Origin: Piromyces finnis finn
Taxonomy: Eukaryota; Fungi; Neocallimastigomycota
DNA: 64,000 nucleotides
Assembly (NCBI GenBank): GCA_002104945.1
Contig: MCFH01000059.1
Span: 259,666 to 323,665, forward strand
Direction: 5' to 3'
A program made the translations under genes and the position numbers. Within the stretch, counting starts at the first letter, position 1, and the number at the start of each line of letters is the position of its first letter. The notes beneath the pieces were generated by a model that had not been told where the DNA came from, did no database searches, and worked only from the letters and a program-made list of their open reading frames with translations. Shown here piece after piece: positions 12,506 to 26,065 of this stretch.

Positions 12506-14278
12506 GATTTTATCAATTTTTACGGTTTTATTGTAGAAAATTTCATTTGGTATTAAATTTGAAATTCCCTTTCTTGGTGTAATGTTATACAGGTGATTTG
12601 TATAAATTACAGCATATGACCAGAAATCTAAGCTAAGTTAAGCCCAAAAAATTAAGGTCTTCGCAGAGTTGATAATGGTTTGGTTGAATCTCTCGGCAAT
12701 ACCATTATTCTCAGGATTATACGGTGGGGAAAATATTTTCTTGATACCGACTTTTCTACAATATTTCTTTATTCTTTTATTGTTAAATTCATGTCCGTTA
12801 TCACTTTTGAAAAATTTAATATTATTTTCAAAATGATTATTTATGAATTTTAAAAAATTTAAAATTGTGTTAGTTGCTTCGGCCTTCTCTTTGAGTAAGC
12901 AAACCCAGGATTTTCTACTAAATTCATCAATAAATGTGATGATATATTTCATATTATCTATTGATGTGAGTTTTATAGGTCCGATGATGTCAGAATGGAT
13001 AGTTTCCAGGATATTAGATGCTTTTGGAGTAACTTTATTATGGGATTTTGCCTTCAATTTTGATATCTTGCAATCTAGGCATTGGTCATTTTCCTTCGTT
13101 CTGAGTTCCAAATATTTGTTTAAATCTTCCTGGTAGTAGTGACCTAGACGACAGTGCCATAAGTCTTGGTTAAAAGTTTCAGTGGAGCAAAATTGTTGAT
13201 TAAGATTATTGAATTTTATCCTAATAACATTATTGCTGTCAGGTTCGTGTTTACTAATAACTTTGTCTGTATGGTCAGACAAAATTAAGAGAACCTTACC
13301 ATTTTGATTCTTTAACTGAGTATTAATACCGGCTATCGTTAGTTTTATTCCACTGATAAGATTTTTATTAACTTCATTTGAGAAAAGTACTCTTTCTAAG
13401 ACTATCTCAGTTCCGTTTATTGCTCCGCGGTAAGTATCATGGCCCTCAAAAGTACAAGAAGAGCCATTTGCACAGCTCATAGTAATTTTTTCAGTAATAA
13501 AGTTTTCTAAGATCCCTTTGTTGTTCGTTATATGTTCACTTGCTCCAGTATCACAAGTCCATACTGATGTTGTGTAACCTTCATTTTGGTCATGTGATTT
13601 CAGAAAATTACATGAACATATTTCTTCTGTATTTTCTAATGGAAAAACGTTTTCAAGGGTTAAATCATCAAGTATATTTATCACGTAGTTGACATCTGGT
13701 TGGTCAGTGTTTATGTTTGTGTAACATTTATTATTGTTACTATTACTATTGTTACTATTATTACTACTATTGTTACTATTACTATTAATATTATTGCTGT
13801 CTCTATTATTATTAACAAGTTTATTAAGCTATGATATTATAAAAACTAAAAACTATAGTTAAATAGTTAATATATACATAATATTATGTAAATAAATGCT
13901 TCTATGTACAATTAATATTATTTATATTAATAACATTATTTTATGTAAACCACAGATTTAATATTAAATTTCATCTATTTTATTTTCATTTGATAATAGC
14001 CTCTTTTACTTATTAATAATTAGTAAATATTTATTCGCTTATTCAAACATTTATTAATTTTATTTGTTTATAAGTTTAAAAACAATAAAGTATTCTTCAT
14101 TTATAAAAAAGCTTTATATATTAATACATATTATCAAATAAAAAATCTTTCTAAATAAATAAATAGAATAAAGTAACTATTATAAAAAGAATAATATGAT
14201 TATATTAATGGGCGATTATAAATTATTAATAATTAATTTTATCATCTGAATTCTCTATAATAATAAGTAATTGTCGAT

Positions 14279-17219
14279 TTAGTTCCTTCTTTTTTTTAAC
14301 AATTTTGCTTCTTCTCTTAATTCATCCCATTCATCTTCCATTTCTTTTTTTCTTTTTTCGGCTTCTTTTTTCATTTCTTCTTCTTTTTTAATAGCTAAAA
14401 CCATATTACGAGTTTTCGCATCTCTCTTTCTTTCACGTTTTTCTCTTCTTTCTAATCTTCTTTCCTTTAATTGTTTTTTTTGTGACCATGCTTCATTTTT
14501 ACCACTTTTCTTTCCTTTTTTTGATTTATTATTTAATTTTCCTTCTTTTTCTTTTTGTAATCTAGCTTGTCTTTGTTTTTCTCTATTTTTATCTTTATAT
14601 TTTATTGTTTCAGGCTATAAATTTTAAGTTACATTAAATATATATATGCATATTCTATCGGTTATTATTACTTATATATTATTACTTTTATATTATTATA
14701 CATTTATATATTTAAAAATGCTTAAATTATTAATTTATATACTAACATCGATATTAAGCCCTTTATATTCAATTTTTTTATTCTTTAATTCAGGCATTCT
14801 TGGAAGCTTTAAAAATAATTGTTAAAAAATAAAAGTTACCATTAAATGATAAATATATACTAATTTATATTTTTTAATGATATTTACTCTTAATAAACCA
14901 TATGCTTCTGCTACTAATGCAATATCAACATTTTTAAATCTAAAAATAAAAGAAACTTGATGTTCGTTATATGCTCTAACCCAACTTACAAAAGCTTTTA
15001 CACTCTATTCATGAAAATAAAATAAATTAAATAATAGGTTAAATATTTTGACATATATAATATAATTTATAATATATAAATATTGTTACCTTTTCATATA
15101 ATTCTCTATCCTTGGAATTTTTATCAAGTAATTGTTCATTAATTAGCTTTGAATTTATTATTGAGGTTTTTTCATTTTCTGTGCTTTCAAAATCTTCATC
15201 TTCATACTTTTTAATTTCTTTCATAGGTATTTTTCTTATTTTTAAAAAATCTTTAAAATAAACAAACAAAAATATAATTGAAGAAATAAATAAATAAAAA
15301 AAAGCATTATATTATATTATATTATATAAGATACTTATTTAAAATGTTTACCAACATAAGTGTCTTCTTTTGGTGTTAAAAATACAACAGCTTTTCCTTT
15401 TTTACCTAACCTTGCTGTTCTACCACAACGATGTGCAAAACATTTTGGATCTTGAGGAGGATCTATTTGAATAACCCAATCAACATCAGGAATATCTAAA
15501 CCACGAGCTGCCACATCAGTACATAACAAAATTGATGAACCAATAGCACTTATAAAATTTTTATAAACATCTAATAACATCAAGTATTAAATAAAAAATA
15601 AATATAACGAAAGGTATATAAAGCTTTATTGCTACATATTCATTTAATAATTAATATTTACTTTCTCGCCTTTTTGGATCCATTTTACCATGAAGTGAAA
15701 ATAATGAATAATTTTCAAATAATGGTAATGAATTTAATGCTTTGAAATAATAATCAACACATGAACAGGTAGCAAAATAAACAATAAATTTTTTATCTGG
15801 TTCATTTTTAAGGATATGACAAAATTGTGCTATTTTTTCATTATTTTTACATATCAAATAGCATATATCCAAACTTTTCCATAAAATTTTTAATTTAATT
15901 AAATATATACATTAATATTCAAAAATATATACATTAATATTCAAATATATGCATTAATATCCACCTTTGTGGAGTTCTTTGAATATCCTTTGTAGAGATA
16001 TCTTCAACCTTTACCATAATTCTAACAGGATTCCTTAAACCAGCTTTTATTAAATCAGTCAAGGCATCAGACATTGTTGCTGAAAAAAGACCAGTTCTAC
16101 GTTGTTTCGGAAGATTTAAAAAAATATTTCTAAGAGATTTTTCAAATCCCATATCAAGTAATCTTATGTGTAATATTTAAAAAAATATTTCAATTAAAAA
16201 ATTAAAATAAAACAATTAAAAAAATTAAAATTCATTATTACTATTATGATTATTATTCACTATTTATTATTGAAAATTATATATGCATATATATATTCAT
16301 CTATACCTATCAGCTTCATCTAAAATTAAAACTTCTAAATCATTAGTATTAAATATTACATGTCTTTTAAGTAAATCTTCTAAACGACCCGGAGTACCAA
16401 TAATAATATTACCACCAAATTTTTGAAATTTTTGTATATCTTCTTGAACAGAATTACCACCAATGAATAATTGTGTAGTAATTACAAATTTATTATTAAT
16501 TTTATTTTGGTCATCTAATTCCAATCCTTCTATTTCTTCAACTTTTTCGGTAGTTTCATCCATACAGCCCATAGCTTCTAATAAATGAGTACATACATCA
16601 TAAATTTGTTTTGCTAATTCACTGATAAATCAATGAATTTTTATAATTTAAATTAATAGATTTAATAGATTGAATTAGCAATTTTTATTTTCATGTTCTA
16701 TTAGTTTATGTCAAAATATTTTATACCGAGTTGGACTAATAATTATTGCTTCTATTTTTTTTTTGCTTAATTTAATTTCACTCTTCTTTATCATTTCAAT
16801 TATTGGAATTAAAAAAGCTAAAGTTTTCCCAGAACCAGTAACAGCCTTTAAATAAATTAAATATTTAATATTAACACTTAATATTTAATGTTTTATTTAA
16901 ATTAATCTTTACATTATAAAATTTACTTCAACAATAACATCCTTACTATTAAGAAATAAAGGAATGGTAGACGCTTGAACAGGAGTCATTTGAGTATAAC
17001 CCAATAATGATAATGCTTGTAATCTTTAATTTTATGTTTGCATTTGAATATTTATTAAGTTATATTTTATTATTCCATTAATAAAAAAAAAGTTATAATC
17101 ATTTTAATTAAGCAATTAGCATAAAAATGAAAATATTAAAATAAAGGAAATATTTACGTATCATCCATTAATTTTGGATTCAATGAATCCCAAGTCCCTG
17201 CATTGGCAATTGATTCCAT
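14279..17219 (-). CDS. SPB4: ATP-dependent DEAD-box rRNA helicase (SPB4/DDX55 family), multi-exon
   Basis: Exons give [10 protein letters not shown] (Q motif), [49 protein letters not shown]...YGLLRLPRMPEL and a basic C-terminal tail. The exact stop is uncertain because of an A8 run. Confidence 0.92.
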
Positions 17220-17721
17220 ATTATTTTTACAATTATTTTTAAAATTTGAATAATTTTTTTTTTTTTAAACTAAAGGAATAAAAAAAATAAATTTTAATTC
17301 TTATTTTATTTTATTGGCCAAAATTAAAAATTTCAAAAAAAAAATTTTTTTTGAAATTTTTAACCAGAACATCTATTAAGATTAGGATAAATATCAATAA
17401 TTATTGTTATAATTATGAAAATATCTTATATAAAATATAAATTATAAACCTTAATTATTATAAATTGGTAAATTTATAATAATTACATAAAATCCATAAA
17501 TTTATTCATTACTGTCAGAATATGTGAAACGTTATGACACATACATTAAAATGTATTAAAACGTATTTGTATGTATTATATTTGATTATATATTTAAGCC
17601 ATAATGTAAATGTATAAATACATGTAATTTGAATAGAATGTAACGATAATAGTTCTTTATTATGAAAATATATTAATAAAGTTGTTATAATTATAAAACC
17701 TAAATTAACCAACACCTAATA

Positions 17722-17735
17722 GATTAAGAATCTCA
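17722..17735 (+). promoter_or_regulatory. Primer-binding site complementary to tRNA-Lys(CUU) anticodon arm (1 mismatch)
   Basis: GATTAAGAATCTCA versus element C PBS GATTAAGAGTCTCAT. Confidence 0.65.
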
Positions 17736-18295
17736 ATGACTCTCATTGACTCTCAGATGATTCTCTGAAAGATGAATCAAACCGCCGGACACGACATTAT
17801 GTCATAGGAGAAAACTATTGGAAATTCTAATCCCTACAATATAAGTTTATGAAATTTAGAGATTTAGTTTTGAGATTTCAAGATTTCAAAGTTTTAAGTC
17901 ACAAAATTGCCTAATTAATTATTATGACTATATAGCGAAAGAAAACCCCACCCAAGAAACATGGAATATTGATAATATTATATTTTAGATATGAAATAAT
18001 TTAGATTTAGATCTTAAATTTAAAAATAAACAAATTTATAATTATATTTAAATTTGAAATTTAAACCTTTTAAATATAAACTTAAAATTTTAAAATCTAG
18101 AAAATAAACAAATTTCAAGATATTTTAAATACTTTAGCATTTTATATTAAAGATATTAAAATTCCAATTTTAATTATTTTATTCACAACAAAAATTATAA
18201 ATTATCTAGTGAACTCCAAATTTATTTTATATAATTGTTTACAATTGAGTTTTTAAATTTCATCAAATATATTAATATTATAAATACTCCAAAGA

Positions 18296-19622
18296 ATGAG
18301 ATTAAGAAGCAAAGTAATATATTTTATAAATATTTTTTTTGACAATTTTAATTCTACCATTGGTAATTGCTGAAAATCAAAAATGTCATGTAAATAATGT
18401 CGGAACAGGTGTTTGCGTTAGAAAGGTTCAATGTATATTAAAAAATGAACAAACTGGCAATGCTAAAGCATATCCAGGTTTTTGTAAAAATGACAGGGAA
18501 AATATTCAATGCTATATAAAAACTATCAATAGACTTACAGATGGAACAGATCTTCCAAGTACTGGAAAATGTAAAAATATAGATGACTGTTCAGAAGAAT
18601 CTTACATAAGATATGAGAACCAATGCCCGGGAACTAGTGCTGTTCAACTATGCGCTCCAAAGTCAAATAAAAATCAATGTAAAAACAGAAATGGATTCAT
18701 TGGTATTTGTATTGAGAAGAATACTTGTATTACAAGAGGAGGTCATTACGAAGATAACAATTGTCCAAATGATGGAAAATCCATAAAATGTTGTGATTCT
18801 ATTCCTTGTAAAAAGGATAATGTTGAAGAACAATGTATGTTCAAACATAATTCCATAGATAATAAATACAGTGAATTTAAAGATTTATGTCCAGGAGAAA
18901 GTGATTTTCTATGTTATATCGAAAAACCAAAGGTTATTTATTTGAAGGCTAAGGAAAATATAGGCTCAAATGTATGATTTCGATTTAAAAAAAGACAAGC
19001 AGAATTGAATGATAAGGTATTTTTTAATGTTGGGGAATATAAATGTAATCTTTTTGTTTACGAAATTCTTTTAGCTTCCGGCATTGATATTAGAACGTCA
19101 AATAAATTAAAAAAATCTAAACATCCCTTCTTAGCTGCAAAAAGTCAACTTGATAGACCACCATGTACTACAGATTGGTTCGATAATATGGTTAAATATT
19201 TTGAACCTATTATTGATATAACTAAAGCCAAAATTGGTGACATTATTATTAATGGTGAGCATATCGGTATTGTTTCTGGACCTAGGACAACAATTAGTGC
19301 GAGTGCAATGGAATCCAAAATAGTAAATAACGAATGGGGTTATAGAGGAGACGAAGGAACAATTAAAGTATTCAAATATGACCCTACGTATCTTCCTATT
19401 ACACGAATCTCCAACGTCCAAGAAATAATCTCTGAGGTTGATACCAGTTCATTTTATGATGATGTAGATGATATTATACATTTATGTAAGGATTACCCAG
19501 AAGAATGTGAAGAAGAAACAATTTCTGATAATAACCTAAAAACCAGCGGAATCTCTAACATCAAATACTTCTCCTTCTTTAGTACTTTTATAATGTTCAC
19601 ATTCATTTTGTTTTTGACTTGA
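18296..19622 (+). pseudogene. Intronless secreted Cys-rich-repeat plus NlpC/P60 (papain-like Cys-His) protein with GPI-like tail; disrupted
   Basis: Signal-peptide-like MRLRSKVIYFINIF/LTILILPLVIA (+1 T in a T8 run at 18333-18340); C-x-G-x-C...CP...CC repeats; in-frame TGA at 18975-18977; KCNLFVYE and GDIIINGEHIGIV motifs; hydrophobic C-terminus. Confidence 0.75.
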
Positions 19623-21129
19623 CAAACACATACTATATTTTAGATTTTCCAAATTAACTTGATATTGATCTACTCATTATGTCAATTTACATACAATATC
19701 ATTAAATATCCATATATTCAATTATGAAATATTTATTCATAAATGTCAATGTGTAATTGCACAATTCTACCGATATCCCATTTTATATTTAACCCTAACC
19801 CATCAATAACAATGTAGCACCTTCATAGTAAGGGCTCCTTAGATTTAGATGACATTGATTCATCATATATATTTATTACCAACATTCAAGAATGCTGTGA
19901 CGCCGTTTTAAATTTTAATTTACGGTGATTTTAGAAACCTCATATATAAATCGCCACTTTCAACGTAGTGAGTGATCGCCGACCAATTAGCTGACATTCT
20001 AATTAACCGAGCCAACTTCGATATAATTTAGAAGAGCTTTATTCTCTTCAACTATCGATATTTTAAATGTCATTATCTTACCATATTAACTTGTTATAAT
20101 TTTACTGGTATATCTACTTATTTTAATTTGAAGTAAAGAAATAAATATTTGAGGAATATTTTATTTATTTGTTTGATCTTTTATGATAATCACAACATTA
20201 AAGTATATTATTTCACGATATTTTAAAGGATAGGCAATTGAGAAAAATGAATGAAAACATTAGAATATGTTATTTATTATTTATATAGGTATTAATACTT
20301 ATTGTATATGTTATGGAAATTTATTCATTATTATGAAAATTTGATGCAACAATGAATGAAATTTTATGATATTTAAATTTCTCATTTTCAAATCTAAATA
20401 TTTATTACTAAACATCTAGATTTGAGGGGGAAGTAGTGAACATATAAAATTTAAAATTCAAGAAAATAATATTTGTTTCTAGTTAAACATTGGAAGAAAT
20501 TAAAACATTATATAGAAACTAAGGCTTAACATATGGAAGAATGATTTTAAAATTAAAATTAGAATATATATGAAAGATTTAATACATAAATAAAACAAAA
20601 TTTAAAAGGCAAATTAAATATTTTTAAATTCTATAAGAATAATTAATCAATACAAAGAAAAACACCTAAAAGAAAATGTTAGATACATGTAATTTGAATA
20701 GAATGTAATGATAGTAGTTCTTTATCATAAAAATATATTAATAAAGTTGACATAATTATAAACAATAGTTATTTTCAATAATTAGTAATAAGTTTAGTTT
20801 TAGTATTATAAAATATATTATGAATATAATCATGTATTGAAAAGTTATTTTATTATTAAATGTAAAATTACAAATAGTATAAATAGTTTAGAATAGTTTA
20901 TGAAATTAAAAGTCTTTGTATAGATTATTAACAATAATTAATACTTAATGAGTATTGCTATTAAATAATCTTATTATTATATTCTTTATTAATATATTAT
21001 TTAAATAAAATAAAAGGAAATTATTTTAATCACAATAATTATTCGTTTATAAAACAATTAAAATTATTTTAATAAAACTTTTTTACTAACCTAGTTATTG
21101 CAAAATAATAATTTTAAAACTGATTATTA

Positions 21130-21810
21130 TTTTTACAATAAAATACAAAAAATATAAAAAAGTTAAACACTAAAATTAATAAATAAAAGTTTCAATTAAT
21201 ATTTCTTTTTAAAGGTTATTAATTATATAATAGTCAATAACAACTACGTTTATTTAAAATTTGGAAAAAATACATGTATTTATGTGTTTTTTCATTTACA
21301 TTCATTATATATATTTTTCATTCAATTATACATATATTTAATATAAAATAAACAAAACTAATTAATACAAATTTAAATAAATAAAATAATAAAAACTAGA
21401 CTAAAACAAATTAAATACACTTTTGATTCAATTTTAGTAAACTGCAAATTAAATACAGTCCATGTATTATTTATATATTATTTTAATATTAATAATACTA
21501 TTTATAATATAGTTCTTATTAAAAAAAAATTATTTTAAAACTACGCTAAAGTTATTAAACTAATTTTAATTAAATAAAAACTTTTTTAAGATTTAATTTG
21601 AATATTTAAAATATTTAAATTTAATTATCCATTAATTTAAATATTTATCCAAATTTCATTTCTTAACCTTGATATTTTAAAATTAATTATTATTTAATTA
21701 TTCCATAAAATTTATTGAATAAATTTTATAAATAATTTCCATTGAAATATCAAGATTTTTATTTAACAATTATTAATTAATTATTAAATATTTAAAGATA
21801 TATCTTTACA
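21130..21810 (-). mobile_element. Truncated/diverged LTR family A copy
   Basis: Reverse-complement similarity to the A LTR ending ATATCTTTACA at 21810; no TSD found; left end approximate. Confidence 0.75.
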
Positions 21811-24312
21811 GTTATCTTTTAATCTTTTATTTAATTATTAAATCATAAGTTTAGTAAAACTTTTACATTAATTATTTAATATTATTTTGTGATAAATTTT
21901 ATTATTAAAGTTTATTTATATGTAAATATAAATAGGTAATTACATTGAATAAATTTATGGAAATATAAAACCTTTTATACTACAACGTGGCATAGTATTT
22001 TATACAAGGTTAATCATATGAATAATTTATAACTAGTCCATAAAAATAATATACTTAATCACATAAAATACATAACATTGAGGTTAATTATATTAATACT
22101 AAGATTATATTTATAATATATCAATTATCAAATAAATATTAAATTTTAATTAATAAATAATATATAAAATTCTTTTTATATTCTAACACTCCCCCTCAAA
22201 TCAGTTTTTCTTTAATTATTAAAAACTTGATTTGTAAAATTTTTCATTTTAATTCCATCTACATCTTTTGTTAAAATATCTGCTAGCATTTTGTCTGTTC
22301 TTATATACTCCAGTTTTATCTTATTTTTTTTATATTGTCTTTATTAAAATGATATTTTATACTTATGTGTTTTAACTTGGTATTTAGTTCTCCATTTTCG
22401 ATTGTTGTTTTGCTAGCTAAATTGTCTGTAAAAATTGTAATCGGTTTTTCTATTTTAAACAATTCATAAATTATATTTCTAATCCATAATATTTTCTTTG
22501 AACATTCTGTTAAACTTATGTACTCTGCTTCTGCAGTTGATGTTGTTACTGTAGTTTGTTTCTTGGATTGCCAGCTAATTGGATCTTGTTCCGTAAGAAT
22601 TATGCTTCCTGATGTTGATTTTCTATCTTTTTCATCTCCTCCAAAATCGGAGTCAGAATATCCTTGTATCTTACCTTTTCCATTATAAATAATTTTATAG
22701 CTTTTTGTTTTATTTAAATATTTAAAAATGTTCATTACTTTTTTCCAGTCACTAACCGTAGGATTTTCTGAATTTCTAGCTGCTTTTCCTACTGAAAAAG
22801 ATATATCAGGTCTTGTGCATTTTGCTATATAAATTAATGAGCCGATTGCACTTTTGTAAGTCGTTCTATCAAATGGTGTTTTATTTTCGTTTATAGTATT
22901 TTTACCAGTGCATGGAGTGTTGGCTTTTCTAGTATTTGTAATGTTAAACTTTTGTAGCATATTATTTATAAATTGTTCTTGTGAAATAGAATATTTTTTA
23001 TTATGTTCTTCAACTTTTATTCCTAATATATAGTTTATTGGTTCATATTTTGAAATTTTAAACTTATTTTTAATTCTATTTATAATCCATTTAATTTCAA
23101 ATTTAATCCTGAAATAATTAAATCGTCTACGTAGAGTCCGATAATACATGTAATATTCTCCCCCTTTCTTTTCATAAAAATACAAGATTCCGAATTCAAT
23201 TGGATGAATTTGTTATTTTTAAGGAAAAAAGTAAAAGTAATGTTCCATTGGCGGCCAGATTGTTTTAAGCCATACAAGGCTTTATTAAGTTTCCAGTAAC
23301 TATTCCCATGGTATGGATCACGAGGAGGAATAACAGTATAAATGTCATAATCTAGGGGAGCATTAAGATATGCTGCCTTAATATCGTGTTTAATTGTAAA
23401 AACCCATTTAGTTGTAATAGGAGTTTTTCCAGGTGGTAGTTTTTTGACTAAAGTCGTAATCTTATTTGAATGTAAATTATTAAGTTCATTTTGAATAGCA
23501 TCTATCCATTTATCCTTGTCTTTACAGTTAATTGCTTGTTTATATGAAAATGGTGTATCAGTAATAATATTGCATATAACGTAGTTATTAATATCATTAT
23601 TTGCATTTTTACCAAGATCTATTCTTTTAGAATGATTAGATAAATGATCACTGTTGTATCTTTTAAGTGGTAAATTGTTGACATTGTATAAATTATTTTT
23701 AATCTTTTTATTAAAAATTGTATTATCGTCTGGATTAAAATGTTTTCTTTTAGTAGAAAGGATAATATCATTATTACATTTTGAATCAATTCTTTTAGAG
23801 TATTTTAAGTTTTCACCAAAAGAACATTTTCTTTTTGAGCCTGATTTAAATTTATATTTATCTAATTGAGAGTGGTGTTTTTTATTATTTGTATTATCAC
23901 TATTATTATCATTTGTAATATTTAAATTATTATAATTAGTAGATTCTAAATTTAAATTAATCGATTCTTCATTAATATGTGTATATTCATTTTCATTGTT
24001 AATATTAGTTGTATTTATATGTGTTTCTAAATTGTTATTTTTAGTTGTTAAATCATTATTATATAAATGTACTTTCTTGTGTTCATTATTATTATTATTC
24101 ATATTAACATTTAAGTTATTATTATAAATTCGATTATTGATAGAATTAGTTTCATTAACATTATTATTGGAGATATTTAGATTATTATTAAGAGATTGAT
24201 TATTATTAATTGAATTGTTTAAATCAATATTTATATGCCTATAATAAGTGTCTTCATTTTCAGAAAAATCGTTATTATATTAAACAAAATTTGACGATAT
24301 TTTATTTCCACT

Positions 24313-24676
24313 ACTATTACTATTACTATTACTATTACTATTACTATTATATTACTATTACTATTACTATTACTATTACTATTACTATTACTATTACTAT
24401 TACTATTACTATTACTATTACTATTACTATTACTATTACTATTACTATTACTATTACTATTACTATTACTATTACTATTACTATTACTATTACTATTACT
24501 ATTACTATTACTATTACTATTACTATTACTATTACTATTACTATTACTATTACTATTACTATTACTATTACTATTACTATTACTATTACTATTACTATTA
24601 CTATTACTATTACTATTACTATTACTATTACTATTACTATTACTATTACTATTACTATTACTATTACTATTACTAT
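24313..24676. repeat. (TATTAC)n microsatellite, ~60 units, in the copia C IN-RT spacer
   Basis: Direct reading; encodes (SN)n on the element strand. Confidence 0.97.
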
Positions 24677-26065
24677 TTTCTGGGCAAATATTTGCTGGGG
24701 ATCTTAAAATATAGTTATCAACATTGAAAAGTTTTGTGTTTATTTTATTGCTAATTTTGCTGTTTGAATTACTTGAAAATATAGATTGATCTTTAGCTAA
24801 GCCAGCAGGTGTGAGTTCATCAAAAATAGCTTCTGTAAAGATATAAAGTATATCTTTAAATTATTTAATAATTAATTAATAATTATTGAATAATAATTTT
24901 GATATTTTAATGAAAAATTGTTTATAAAACTTATTGTATAAATTTTATGGAATAATTAAATAAAGATTAATTTTAAAATATCAAAGTTAGAAATGGAATT
25001 TGGATAAATATTTAAATTAATGGATAATTAAATTTAAATATTTTAAATATTCAAATTAAATCTTAAAAAGTTTTTATTTAATTAAAATTAGTTTAATAAC
25101 TTTAGCGTAGTTTGAAATTAGCATTTTTGATTATAAATATATAATAAATAGTATTATTAATATTTAATTAATATATAGGTAATACATGGACTGTATTCAA
25201 TTTGCAGTTCACTCAAATTGAATCAAAAGTGTATTTAATTAGTTTTAGTTTAGTTTATTCATTTTATTATTTAATTAAATTAGTATTAAATTAGTTTTGT
25301 TTATTTTATATTGAATATATGTATAATTAAATAGAATAGTATATTAAAATACAATTTACAAAAAATATAAATACATGTAAAATTTCTTGATTAAAACAAT
25401 GTAATTGTTATTGACTATTATTTAGTTAATAACTAAATAAAATTAATAAAAGAGATATTTTTTTAAATATAATTTATTTTCTTGTTTTTTCTTTATTTTG
25501 TGTTGTTGTTTTATTGTAAAAAATTTTATAATCTGTTTTACATTTATAAAACTTTTACAATAACAATTACCTTTGTTCTAATAAAACACGTTATAAAATT
25601 TTTTTAATAAAACATATTTAATAAAATTTTTTTTTACTACCGTGTTTTAGGGACTCTCTACCTTGCTTTGAAATTTGCTACCGTGTTTAGAAACTAACTA
25701 CCGCGTTTTAGGGACTCTCTACCTTACTTTGAAATTTGCTACCGCGTAATAAAGGATTATCTACCGCGTTTTGGTATTGCTACCGTGTCATTTAGAACGA
25801 CTACTTTGCTTTAGAGATATCTACCGCGTCCATCATTGTACTTGTATATATTGTGGATCAACTTTATTTAATCTTCCACCAACATCTACTATTGTACTGT
25901 ATTTAATTTTGTTACTATATTTTTAAGAGCTCGTCTAACACCGTTTGATAGGATAGAGTTACGACGACATCTTAATTAAAATATTGTAAAAAATTAAATA
26001 AGTAAATATTAAACATACTGGAAGAAATAAACCAACTTTTATCTAACCTCCACTTAAACGGAAAT

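Larger units (their letters stand above)
7290..13760 (-). mobile_element. Degenerate Ty1/copia element E (5'-truncated, multiply interrupted)
   Basis: Protease WTCDTGASEH, LWHCRLGH and integrase core (12638-13684); RT (8637-9425; KARLVAR, YVDDM); RNase H (8005-8388); PPT TTTGAGGGGGAA followed by TGTTAGAA at 7792. Left LTR boundary uncertain. Confidence 0.9.
17513..20762 (+). mobile_element. Non-autonomous copia-derived element D (LTR, PBS, cargo, RNase H remnant, PPT, partial LTR)
   Basis: TGTCAGAATA...CCTAATA LTR at 17513-17721; PBS GATTAAGAATCTCA; DQLADIL remnant ~19980-20000; PPT TTTGAGGGGGAAG at 20421; ~80-bp LTR match at ~20684-20762. No TSD verifiable. Confidence 0.62.

Noticed and set aside
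14279-17219. Functional clustering of SPB4 (60S biogenesis) with rDNA
   Set aside because: ~44 kb apart with TEs in between; a single coincidence without synteny evidence.
24210-24707. 165-aa ORF (YYYY/ITITIT)
   Set aside because: Artefact of the (TATTAC)n microsatellite.
25637-25830. CRISPR-like repeat/spacer appearance of leader repeats and minisatellites
   Set aside because: Eukaryotic context, no unique spacers of uniform length, no cas genes.
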